DNA from: Chrysomallon squamiferum
Taxonomy: Eukaryota > Animalia > Mollusca
NCBI GenBank assembly: GCA_012295275.1
Contig: CM022667.1
Span: forward strand, 2,108,001-2,172,000
Length of the DNA: 64,000 nt
Reading direction: 5' to 3'
Below the pieces are notes generated by a model. The model was not told the origin of the DNA, ran no database searches, and worked only from the letters and a program-made list of their open reading frames with translations. A program made the translations under genes and the position numbers. Below, piece after piece: positions 1 to 17,334 of the stretch (positions within the stretch are counted from its first letter, which is position 1; each line of letters starts with the position of its first letter).

Positions 1-1277
1 TACCAATGCTCTCATACCACTGCTACTTCAACTGTTACTATTACTTTAACTACAACTACTTTCAATACTGCTGTTATTGAGAAGACTAAACAAATTGTAT
101 GTAGAAGTAGTGGGAAAATGTTTTCCAAAAAAAAAAAAAATTAATTATGGATTTATAATAATGAATTTATTGAAGTGGTTGACTGTTTGAACAGCCTTGG
201 ATTAACACTAAGTCTTAACTGTAAAAATCACGAAGACACAGAAGGTAATCGCATCTCAAAGTGGGAAATAATGTGTAGCATATTTTGAGTTTACGTCATT
301 AGACTGAAAGTTAATGCTGAAAAGAAGCACCATGTCTTTGATAAGTACGTTTCTAGTGTTTTACATTATTTTTGTAAAATGGGTTCCATCCTGCTCAAGA
401 TGTTTAATAGATTCCTATGAATTTCTGTAAAAGAATTTTAAGTGTTAAAAAAAAAAAAGCGCTAGAAATATTGTAGATTCATTTGAAGTCTGTAGAACTT
501 CGCTGTATGTAGTTAGAAAGGTAAGAATAACTAAATATTGGTGTAAGCATTTAATAAACAGAGTTTGCAGTATGTGTGTAAGGATATCTTTGACTGACTC
601 CTTTACTGTTCTTGTTACTGGATATCCAGTTTCTGCCACAGACTCCTGGTTGCAAATGGCAGATTTCTGGTTGCAAATGGCAGATTTCATAACACTGAAA
701 GATCAAAACAAAAACAAAAACGTGATCCTACAGATCATGATACATTACATATATGGGTTTTTTTTTTCATATTATGTATATGTATATATTATTTTTACTT
801 TTTGTACATCAAACACAGAATATAGTACGAATAGTAAATTATTTTAATCATCCATTAAAATACAAAATACTGTTACTATAATAAATACTACTACTACTTC
901 TACTACTACTACTACTTTATTTATTTATCTACCTACGTTCTTATTTACTTATTTTCTATACAACACTTCAGAACTTTGAAGTAAATCTATAGAGAAATTA
1001 TATCCTACAGTTGACGACATACATATCATTTTTTTTTCTTTTTTCTTTCTTTTTCTTTTACTTTTGCAGTTTTAATTGTCAGCTGTTCCATATTTGCCTT
1101 GTGTCTCTATATCAAAGACACAAAATGTTAGTTTTAAAGTAAATATAACAATATGACGTGCTAAGAGGTGGAAGAAGCTGTCACTGTTTTATACTTGTTA
1201 ACAAGTAAAAAAGAAAAATAGCAATAGTAGGCAGATTTGAAGATTTGAAAAGAAATGTGCTTGACCAAAAGATTTAC

Positions 1278-1319
<42 letters not shown>

Positions 1320-1833
1320 AATAAATAAATAAAACGGGAATTATTAGAAACCGTTTTTCCAAGTGTATTAGTTTGTATTGGTTTAATACAAATTCATCTT
1401 AGTCTTCACTGTTTTTGTTTTATATTGGGTTTAATTTTCATGGGGATTTGTTTGTTTTTTGTTGTTGTGTTATTTTTCTGTTGTGGTTTTTTTTTTTTTT
1501 GTGTGTGTTTTTTTTTTTCAGTTTATTATTATTATTTTATGGGGTTTTTTTTGGGGGGGTTAAAAGCAATCAGATTCTCGTTCTGTAAAATCTGTAAAAT
1601 ATTTATGGTTTGGGACTCGTGATGTGCTGAGATATGTCTCTCTTTGAAAACCTTTCCTTTATGTGTTTGTGGAAAGAAACTAGTGTCAGTTAAAGCAAAA
1701 CAAATAACACGTGACTGATCAATAAAACACTTTATTTCTTATCGATGTGTCAATACCTAACACACAGCGATATTCATAAACTGCTTGTTGTCACCTGGAC
1801 AGATGTATTCAGTTTTCTTCTGGGAATCTCAAG

Positions 1834-1930
1834 TTCTGAAAAAAAAACAATTTAAAAACAATATTTTAATAAATAATTGTGAAACACACAAAAACTCAAG
1901 AACTCTTCCAAAATATTTTTAAAAATTAAG

Positions 1931-1980
<50 letters not shown>

Positions 1981-2434
1981 TTTTCTTGTTTTGTTTAGTT
2001 TTATTTGGCTTCATTCTGAATTTGTTTTACTGATAACAAGCATACAGTGCTTAAATATTTACTCTCCTTTCATTTAAACTAGAATTTAACACATGTAGTA
2101 AAAGAACCACTTAAAGCCTCACATTTGCCATATCCCATCATTCCGTATCCTCCATAACCTCCATAACCTCCTCCGTACATCATTGGGTATCTCATCATAC
2201 CATATCCTCCCATCATTCCGTATCCTCCTCCCATCATGCCGTATCCTCCCCCATCATGCCGTATCCTCCCATCATTGGGTATCCTCCCATCATACCGTAT
2301 CCTCCCATCATACCTCCCATCACACCTCCCATCATACCTCCCATCATACCTCCTCCCATCATGCCATGTCCAATACCACCAGCAGAGGCAATGGCGAAAC
2401 AGGCGACAAGTGCGATAAGGACAGCCTTCATCAT
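1834..2434 (-). pseudogene. Secreted Gly/Met/Tyr-rich protein, copy 1 (frameshifted as assembled)
   Basis: 5'UTR exon ~2848-2802 (CAG|GTCAGT donor). Exon 2 is 2443-2123 with ATG at 2434 and signal peptide MMKAVLIALVACFAIASA followed by MMGG/YGMMGG repeats. Exon 3 starts at 1835 and completes the T|AA stop; AATAAA at 1736-1731. Near 2250 the sequence is cctcccccatc versus cctcctcccatc or cctcccatc in the other units, which shifts the frame. Could be an assembly error. Confidence 0.8.
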
Positions 2435-2872
2435 TTTGAAAATCTGAAATAAATTTTATTTCAGATGAAATACTTTAGTACGAAATTAATCTCCTGTAAT
2501 ATTCTATTTGGTATACTAAGGCTGTTGGGGTTTTTTTGTTTTTTTTTCATGTACGATATTTACTTATTTTTATAATTACTTATATTTAGTTTAACAATTA
2601 TTTTGTCATACGTGTTTTACTGTTAAATTCGCATATGAAAGATTGTTTTATTTTCTTTGACATTTCTGTTATATATTTAAGCAATTTGTAGTTAAATACA
2701 TCTGCGGAGTTTAAAAATATAAAAATAATCTAACCATAAAGAAACGAAAGGTAATCTAAACAGTAAAACAAAAGTTGACAGACTAATACTAAAATACTGA
2801 CCTGGTGATTGGAGAGGTGTTCGTTCAGAATTGTAAATGTGAGAGTGGTGCCTTTTCACTTTTAATTTAACT

Positions 2873-3062
2873 CTTATATACCAGACAGTTTAGTAATGTG
2901 ATGTAATTTCCTGTACAGTTTATAGGAAAAAGAAAAACTCAAAAGCAATTCATTAATTTACACCTGCAAGTTATAATCAATTAAAACCTGGTACAGCTGA
3001 TCAGTCTTATTATAAACTACGCAGGAAATTACATCACATTACTAAACTGTTTAGTATATAAG
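2873..3062. promoter_or_regulatory. Compact divergent promoter with two TATA boxes (TATATAAG at 2880-2873 on minus; 3055-3062 on plus)
   Basis: Each TATA lies ~30 bp upstream of an Inr-like (T/C)CACTC and a short 5'UTR exon. TGATGTAAT and CAGGAAAT motifs are kept in both arms. Confidence 0.7.
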
Positions 3063-3506
3063 AGTTAAATTGAAACTGAAAAGGCATCACTCTCACATTT
3101 ACAATTCTGAACGAACACCTCTCCAATCTCCAGGTCAGTATTTTACTATTAGTCTGTCAACTTTTGTTTTACTGTTTAGATCACCTTTCATTTCTTTATG
3201 GTTAGATTATTTTTATATTTTTAAACTCCGCAGATGTATTTAACTGCAAATTACTGATTTTAACATAGAAATGTCAAAGAAAATAAAACAATCTTTCATA
3301 TGAGAATTTAACAGTAAAACACGTATAATAAAATAACTGTTAAACTAAATACAAGTAGTTATAAAAGTAGGTAAATATCGTACTTGGAAAAAAAAAAAAA
3401 AAAAAAACAACAACAACAGCCTTACTATACCAGAAAGAATATTACAGTAAACTAATTTCGTACTAAAGTATTTCATCTGAAATTAAATTTATTTCAGATT
3501 TTCAAA

Positions 3507-4081
3507 ATGATGAAGGCTGTCCTTATCGCACTTGTCGCCTGTTTCGCCATTGCCTCTGCCGGTGGTATTGGACATGGCATGATGGGAGGTATGATGGGAG
3601 GTATGATGGGAGGTGTGATGGGAGGCATATGATGGGAGGATACGGTATGATGGGAGGATATCCAATGATGGGAGGATACGGCATGATGGGAGGAGGATAC
3701 GGCATGATGGGAGGATATGGTATGATGAGATACCCAATGATGTACGGAGGATATGGAGGTTATGGAGGATACGGAATGATGGGAATGCACGGATACGGAA
3801 TGATGGGATATGGCAAATGTGAGTCTTTAAGTGATAGTTCTACTACATGTGTTAAATTCTAGTTTAAATGAAAGAAAAGTGAATATTTGAGGAGGTGAGT
3901 TTGTGTTTGGCTGTTATCAGTAACAGATATTTACATTGAAATAAAACAAAACAAATAAACAAACAACCAAATAAAGAAAAATTAAATACATTATTTCTTA
4001 AGTTAAAAGATCTTATGGAAGAGTTGTTAAGTTATTTCATATATTTATAAAAATATTCTTTTTAAACATTTTTTTTCAGAA
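3507..4081 (+). pseudogene. Secreted Gly/Met/Tyr-rich protein, copy 2 (frameshifted as assembled)
   Basis: 5'UTR exon ~3087-3133. Intron 3134-3497. Exon 2 is 3498-3818 with ATG at 3507. Intron 3819-4079. Exon 3 starts at 4080 and completes T|AA; AATAAA at 4178-4183. 'ggc at atg atg' at ~3627 puts TGA in frame at 3630-3632, and the repeat continues in the ORF starting at 3629 (...GMMGMHGYGMMGYGK). Confidence 0.8.
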
Positions 4082-6232
4082 CTTGGGATTCCAGAAGAAA
4101 ACTGAATACATCTGTCCAGGTGACAACAAGCAGTTTATGAACATCGCTGTGTGTTAGGTATTGACATGTCTATAAGAAATAAAGTGTTTTATTGATCAGT
4201 CACGTGTTATTTGTTTTGCTTTAACTGACACTAGTTTCTTTCCACTCTGCTACAAACACACAAAGGAAAGATTTTCAAACACATCTGACTATAATTAAAC
4301 ACCGCAACCCAAAGTTTATACAGTTCGGAGATCAATATCCTGGTTCCTTCGAAAACGTCGAAATGAAAGTGTTTCAAAACGCATAACTCACTTTGCACCA
4401 GCATCAGTAAAGACGGACGAGTCATCACCCTCGTCACCCTCAGTTCAAACTCAGTACAAATTAAATAATATCTTAAACACGTGTTCAGAAATACAACTTA
4501 AATATATGTGAAAAAAGAACCATTAAGTCAAGAACCATGAAATTGTGGCCAGTTAAATACATGTGTGTGTGTCTGTCTGTCTGTCTGTTTGTGTGTGTGT
4601 GTGTCTGTCTGTATGTGTGTGTGTGTGTGTCTGTCTGTCTGTTTGTGTGTGCGCGTATGTTATAGAAAGCCTGTGAAACCAGTCGGTCAGGCACAATGCC
4701 TAAACAATTCAGTCATTTCACGAAGTGCCTGTGACCACCAGGGAATCTGCGAAATGACTGAAAATCAGGAATGATTGTACTTTTCTACCTTCTTCTTTTT
4801 TTCTGCCACTTGAACACGTGGTGTATTCTCGGTTTCAAGTCCTGTCTGGATGAATGGAATATTTGAAGTCTTATTTTTGTGTTTATTGCACGAATTTAAC
4901 CTTCTATTGCGAGAAGGAAAAAAAAGGGTTAATCTCAAACGGAAGTGCCTTGGGGTATCGGCCATCTTGTTATGTTTCTCCGAATGTGTTTCACGAACAC
5001 TGTTCATGCAAGATCTTTTTACAATGACGGGGTCAACACCACTTGCTTTTTTCTTACAAACAGCCTCGACCAAACAAAAGAGCTTCATCTGCGTATCCTA
5101 CGTGTAAATTTTTGCCACACCAAGATGGCAGAAAGTCTTGATGAAGAACGCATGTAGAGTCTCGTGACTGTTTCCGAGCAACAGATCTCTTTCAGAATGA
5201 AATAATCTGAAAATGAAGTATTTAAAGAATTGAATTTTAAGACAAGTAAACTGCCATCCGACCTAGCTGATAGAGGTGTCAGCAGATCGTAGTTTTATGA
5301 CGAACCGTTCGTGACGTCATGCCCACTGAATCCGATTGACTTCCGAGTCAGAAAGCGACTGATCAACCCAATTCTCCGCAACCTCCTGAATTCTGTTTGA
5401 AGGTCCTTTTTAAGAGCAATATGATCATGCTTTTCACAAGATGTCGATTTAACCTCATATTTTTACGTTTTAAGTGATTACGTCTGGGCTGAAATGATAT
5501 CGGAGTCTGTTACGTATACATTGCCTGACTGTGTCTCTATTTTGATTAATAAATCATCACATGTACTTAGGTAAATAACGGCATGATGTTAGTTACAAAC
5601 TGTGTTCTGGAGACCTTCAGCATAAAATCTGTGGAGGTTTTGAGCAGTTTATTTATTCAAATGATCTAAAAAATAAAATTTAAAAAAAAAGAGAGAGAGA
5701 TATAGAAAATCTAGAGTAACGTGACTTCAGTTTCTCAAATGGTGTAGTGATCAAAAAAATAGCCTTCTTATTTGTGATTGTTTATTCAGTACAATTTATC
5801 TGTCTATTTAATTTTCCTGCAGTTGTGGCAATGTCTTGGAAATAATTTTGAAACTGATGATGGAATAAGTTTGCTTAATTAGTGTTTGTGGGAGAAATAT
5901 TAAGCTTGTTAGGTTTGAAACGGTTCTAAATGTACTATATACATAATAAAAAATAACACACCAGGTTACGCAGTACAAAATTTCCTTAATCTATCTCATC
6001 TTTCGTTTCGCATTTGCTTCACAAAGTCGACGCAGAAGACATCACGAACTTTTTAAAAGAAAAATGACGAATCCCTTGAAAATGAACATTTCACATTTCT
6101 TAATTTATCTCTTCTACGTGTACTTCATGTATTCTACATGTATTTCATCAGCGAAACCTTTTCTTTCTGATCAGTTTGGTATAAAAACTTTTTTTGTAGT
6201 ATAAGTAGAAATGAAGATATGAATTTTCAAAG

Positions 6233-6290
<58 letters not shown>

Positions 6291-6383
6291 AGTATTATTA
6301 ATAGTATTATTATTATTACTATTACTATATTATTATTACTATTATTATTATTTATTATTACTATTATTATTATTTACTATTAC

Positions 6384-6428
<45 letters not shown>

Positions 6429-6886
6429 TGTTATTATTATTATCTATATCACTTGAATGATTTTACTAGCATTGACTTCATATATCAACTCTACCTTGCA
6501 GAGTTATGAAAATAAAATAGGCTGAATATTTGCAAACACATAGAATCATATATTTAGAAATAACCTTTGTCAGAGACAATCTTACTTCACAAAGGGCCTT
6601 TAAAAATCGATATTTCTTCAAAATAGCAAACGGCAACAAAAAAAAAAAGAGATATATATATAAAATATTCATAATTTTCTCATTTTCAATCAAGATAAAA
6701 AGAGTTACTGTGTTGATCAGGACTCAACCTTTCACTTCCAGAATGAAAAAAATCCACATCAATTTTGAATGCCTAGTAGTAGTAGCAGCAGTAATAGTAG
6801 TGGTAGCAGTAGTAGTAATAATGTACTGGTGTAATGGTAGTAATAATATTTATAGTGGTTCTTTGTAGTACTAGTGTTAATACTTC

Positions 6887-6934
<48 letters not shown>

Positions 6935-7330
6935 AAGTAGCAGTAATATGACGAACGACCAGCACGTAATAATCATTTCCAAACTAGCAAGTAATAGAAG
7001 CTAATGTCAAAAGTCTAATTTTAGTTATTCTCACATAATAAATATCAGTAGAATATAATTTGATTCCATCTATTTTTACTACTAGCTATCTTTACATACA
7101 GCTGATGTTGTTGTTTTTACACACAAATTAACCACCTCTCTTCGAAAACCTTTCCTTGATGTGTTTGTGGAAAGAAACTAGTGTCAGTTAAAGCAAAACA
7201 AATAACAAGTGATTGATCAATAAAACACTTTATTGGTTATAGATGTGTTAATACCTAACACACAGCGATGTTCATAAACTGCTTGTTGTCACTTGGACAG
7301 ATGTATTCAGTTCTGTTCTGAAATCTCAAG

Positions 7331-7885
7331 TTCTGAAAAAATAATTCAAAAACAATATTTTTTATAAATACCTGTGAAACACAGAAATAACTCAAGAACT
7401 CTTCCAAAATATTTTTAAAAATTAAGAAATAATGTATTTATTTATTTATTTATTGTCTTGTTTTGTTTTGTTTAGATTTATTTGGCTTCATTCTGAATTT
7501 GTTTTACTGATAACAAGTATACAATGCTTAAATATTTGCTCTCCTTTCATTTAAACTAGAATTTAACACATGTAGTAAAAGAACCACTTAAAGCCTCACA
7601 TTTGCCATATCCCATCATTCCGTATCCTCCATATCCTCCTCCGTACATCATTGGGTATCTCATCATACCATATCCTCCCATCATTCCGTATCCTCCTCCC
7701 ATCATGCCGTATCCTCCCATCATGCCGTATCCTCCCATCATTGGGTATCCTCCCATCATACCGTATCCTCCCATCATACCTCCCATCATACCTCCCATCA
7801 TGCCTCCCATCATACCATGTCCAATACCACCAGCAGAGGCAATGGCGAAACAGGCGACAAGTGCGATAAGGACAGCCTTCATCAT
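7331..7885 (-). CDS. Secreted Gly/Met/Tyr-rich low-complexity protein, copy 3 (intact, 95 aa); resembles Gly-rich shell-matrix/structural proteins
   Basis: 5'UTR exon ~8275-8229. Exon 2 is 7894-7600 (ATG 7885; 286 nt = 95 codons + T). Intron 7599-7333. Exon 3 starts at 7332 and completes TAA; AATAAA at 7234-7229. 18-aa signal peptide; the mature 77 aa contain 36 Gly, 24 Met and 11 Tyr and end in ...MMGYGK. Confidence 0.9.
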
Positions 7886-8299
7886 TTTGAAAATCTGAAA
7901 TAAATTTCATTTCAGATGAAAAACTTTAGTACGAAATTAGTTTACTGTAATATTCCATCTGGTATATACTAAGGCTGTTTTGTTTTTTCAAGTACGATAT
8001 TTACCTATTTTATAATTACTTATTATTATATTATACGTGTTTTACTGTTTAAATTTTCGTATGAAAGATTGTTTTTTGTTTTCATTGACATTTCTATGTT
8101 ATAATCAGTAATTTGCTGTTAAATACATCTGCGGAGTTTAAAAATATAAAAATAATGTAACCATAAAGAAACGAAAGGTAATCTAAACAGTAAAACAAAA
8201 GTTGACAGACTAATACTAAAATACTGACCTGGTGATTGGAGAGGTGTTCGTTCAGAATTGTAAATGTGAGAGTGATGCCTTTTCACTTTTAATTTAACT

Positions 8300-8428
8300 C
8301 TTATATACTAAACAGTTTAGTAATGTGATGTAATTTCCTGCGTAGTTTATAATAAGACTGATCATCTGTACCAGGTTTTAATTGATTATAACTTGCAGGT
8401 GTAAATTAATGAGTTGCTTTTGAGTTTT
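8300..8428 (-). promoter_or_regulatory. Promoter of Gly/Met/Tyr-rich copy 3
   Basis: TATATAAG at 8307-8300 and TGATGTAAT at 8326-8334. Positions 8341-8428 are the reverse complement of the palindrome spacer (~2935-3021). Confidence 0.7.
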
Positions 8429-8485
8429 CATTTTATCAACGTGTAGCGATTACATTACTTCGTAATCAGTGTTAGTGACACGATT

Positions 8486-8970
8486 CAGTAGAAACTTCTG
8501 AAAAAAAAAAAATCCTCTATCTGTAAAGGAACCCTATTGATATGACTAAAAGAGTCAATCCATGTTAACTGTTGGTGAATTATGAAGTATGATTATGAAC
8601 TCTTTCCTGAAGAGGTAAAGCCTGCTATTATTATTATTATAGGAATTATGAAGTAACCGTTATGGACCGAAGTAACCATTATGGGCTTTTAGAATAATTG
8701 CAGTTTGTTGCAAGATAACTGATACATTGGTAAAAAAAAAAAAAAAAAAAAAACAATGGTGACTTTGGTATAATTTTAAATGTCTGTAAACGTTTAGTTA
8801 AGTCATCAAATTGACTTCATGATTTTCATCATGCATCAAAATGCTTTTATCAAAACTAATTTTTATTATTATCAGTGGTTAAAGATGCGTAAATAACGAG
8901 ACCAAGAAATAAGTTGTATTCTCGAGGTAATTTCGGTTTACAGAGGATTCGGTTAAGAGGAGTTTTACTG
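8486..8970. mobile_element. Degenerate Tc1/mariner-type non-autonomous element remnant
   Basis: The right end ...gaggattcggttaagaggagttttactg-TA reads CAGTAAAACTCCTC inward. The left end cagtagaaacttctg...aatcctct...gtaaa is a degenerate match. Confidence 0.35.
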
Positions 8971-9976
8971 TACATATATATATATATAGGATGTTACAAT
9001 CAGTGGGCCCAAACACCCAATGGACTGATTCATGATATTTTTAATTCCATCTCTCTGTTTTAACAGAGTTACTAGATGTCACGGTGTCAACTTGCTTGTT
9101 ATTGCCGTCCAGGGGATCTAGACACTTACAGGCACTATGGCAAGGATTAGTAAATTCAGACAGTTATTTATTATCTTGATTGTATAATACATCGACCAGA
9201 CCAAATAACACATCGACAAGCAGAACAGTTAGACCTGTTTATTAATTCACAAGCACATTTTTGTAATAACAAAAAAAAATAAAATCAAATCAAGGTTTCA
9301 AGATCCTCTCCCATGACTTTCATAAACATCAAAGGAAACCGCGATGTGGTTGAAAGCGCTTGCTTTTTCCATGTTTTTTTTTTTTTTTTTTTTTTTCACG
9401 AGACCTCGAGTTTTCCATGCTGCTCGTGTAATTATTATTACGTTATATTCCTGGGAGCGCCAGTGAAAGCCTCGGAATCAAATAATGAAACAAGACGAGT
9501 CTCAACTAATTTAAAAATTGTGTTTGTTTGTTACGCTTAAACTCGCTGTATCTCGCCCGCTAATTAAGTTAACTCAAAAATTTAAAACCTGTATTTAAGA
9601 CGTTGTCACCGCGTATTTTCCAGTCAAAGGGATGATTACGGATGATTAAACAATATTTACTTACATCGGCAATTAATGGCAGTTTATTTTCTTATTATAA
9701 TTATCTTTATATACATTTTTGTATTTTGTCGTTGCTCTGTAAGCAAAACAAGAAAAGAAAAGATCTTATTTTGTCCATGAGGACAGCACTTTGCTCATAT
9801 TAAGGTTAACAGTTTAAATGGCAAACAACGACAGCGTTACAATGAATTGTTCACTGGCGTTTATAAATGTAAACAAAGAAGTGTGACTGAATGATTAGCA
9901 TGGGCCTTTGTTACTTACGTTCGCCATTTATTTATTTATTTATTTATTTATTAAAATTTTATTATTAGTTTCACTA

Positions 9977-10014
<38 letters not shown>

Positions 10015-10956
10015 TTTCTTTTTGGATATAATTTATTATTAGGAAAGGTTGATTTTAATAACCCACCAAGTTATTTGAGACTAGTGTAACAGTTACATTT
10101 ATTTCAGTAAATAACAATAAAAATATGCAAAAATAATAAAAATAAAATTGTTTTAGCATGATAATGTACATAATTTCAAATCAAACAAAATAATGTCAAA
10201 TAAACTGTTAATCTGTCTTTTCTTATTATTTTTTTTAGAATTAGTATCAGATATAATTATCAACCGATAATGTTTTTTAACAAGTTGAAAAACCCATTTA
10301 AAAATATTTTGTTTTTACAATTCGCAAAAATCGAAGAAACGTAAGATTTGAATAATGGACTAAAACAACCGATTACCAAGCACAATAAAATGCTACGCTC
10401 TCGTTTACATGTAACAGTATATGCGTAATACTAAACTGTCGGCACCAGTCTAATCTTTTCGTTAATCTGTGTGCAGATATATCATGCAAAATGAAAATCT
10501 CGAAATTCGATTCAGAAGCACAGAAATTCGACAGCAAAATAAACAGCGGCAGGGGGTATGTTAAATCACGACTGAATATTTAGTTACAATGCACAGAGGT
10601 AGTAAATATTTATATTATTAACTAAGAGAAGTTATGTAAAAAACGTAAACTGGAAATAAAAATGGATGTCGGGGTGGACAGACAGGCAGAGTAGGGGGTG
10701 GTGGTTGGATGAACGGATGAAGGGAAGGGTGGATGAATAAAATGGATGGAGAGACGGAAGATGAGTGATGTGTTGTTTTGCTGGATGTTGAATGGTTGGT
10801 TGGTTGGATGTAGGAAAATGATGGATGGATGATGCAATGCAGAAACTAAAACATAATCCTCATGAGGCGATGACCTTGAAAGACGAAAGAAAAAAGAAAA
10901 CAGCATTAATAGAGGGGAATAAAAATATTTAAAAATAGCAACCAAAAAAAAAAAAA

Positions 10957-10998
<42 letters not shown>

Positions 10999-11086
10999 AA
11001 AATAAAAAAATAAAAAATAAATAAATAAATAAATAAATAAAATATCAATAAATAAAAATATACAAATTGATGATTATGATGATGAT

Positions 11087-11122
<36 letters not shown>

Positions 11123-11214
11123 AATAATAATAAAAACAAAAAGAACAAGTTGAATAATTTATTTTACGTAATTCTTTGTTTTCGTACTTAATTAAATTGT
11201 TTTTGTTTCTCCAG

Positions 11215-16768
<5,554 letters not shown>

Positions 16769-17286
16769 GGATTAACTGATAGAGAAAAGCAGAGAGAGAA
16801 AGAAAAATGGACACACACACAGAGAGAGAGAGAGACGGATTAACTGTTAGAGAAAAGCAGAGAGAGAAAGAAAAATGGACACAGAGAGAGAGAGAGAGAG
16901 AAATAAATACTGCATCCTTTCTTTAACGTACATAGCTTTAAAAACAGAGTCAGATAGAGAGACACAAGGACAGACAGAAACAGAGAGAAACAAAATCCAC
17001 AGACAGATTCCCATGCGCAGATGACATACTGAATGTCTTCCATTAATATACAGCTTTAAGGTGACATGCAAAAGAAATTAAAAAAAAAAAAGCTGTCAAG
17101 TGTGAAGTTTATATTATACACACTTTCCCATAGTCGTGTTCATTAATAAATTATGGACAATGTTTTCAAAAAAAAAAAAAAAGTAAAAAAAAGTTATATT
17201 AATATTGTGTCACACACAGAGAATGATTGTGAATAAAATAATACATTGTTACTGTTGTTGTTGTGTGGTGTCTTTATTATCAAATG

Positions 17287-17334
<48 letters not shown>

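Larger units (their letters stand above)
1643..4279. repeat. Large inverted duplication (palindrome): arms ~1643-2913 and ~3022-4279, spacer ~108 bp
   Basis: The promoter, UTR exon, both introns, coding exon, 3'UTR and downstream flank of copy 1 reverse-complement to those of copy 2 (e.g. agtaatgtgatgtaatttcctg 2892-2913 vs caggaaattacatcacattact 3022-3043). Confidence 0.9.

Noticed and set aside
617-695. 14-bp palindrome (617-630) and 21-bp tandem duplication (646-687) after a minus-strand acceptor-like site
   Set aside because: Too short to be informative; no partner exons or recognisable protein found.
7556-7599. C-terminal CEALSGSFTTCVKF of the ORF-track protein as the main product
   Set aside because: It lies beyond a GTGAG donor, and a matching acceptor with 3'UTR and AATAAA exists in all three copies. 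Kept only as a possible intron-retention isoform.
2183-7910. Pro/Ile/Tyr-rich (PYPPII) and His/Ser-rich ORFs overlapping the Gly/Met genes
   Set aside because: They are antisense or alternative-frame shadows of the GGA/ATG/TAC repeats. The signal peptide, TATA, splice sites and polyA signal all support the Gly/Met/Tyr frame.
9344-9540. MWLKALAFSMFFFF... as the channel signal-peptide exon
   Set aside because: The hydrophobicity comes from a T homopolymer, and I see no convincing GT donor.
10477-10555. AG/GT-bounded segment as the missing channel exon 2
   Set aside because: Its open frames end in phase 0 or 2, whereas the next exon needs phase 1, and it shows no YD/RP-like motif.
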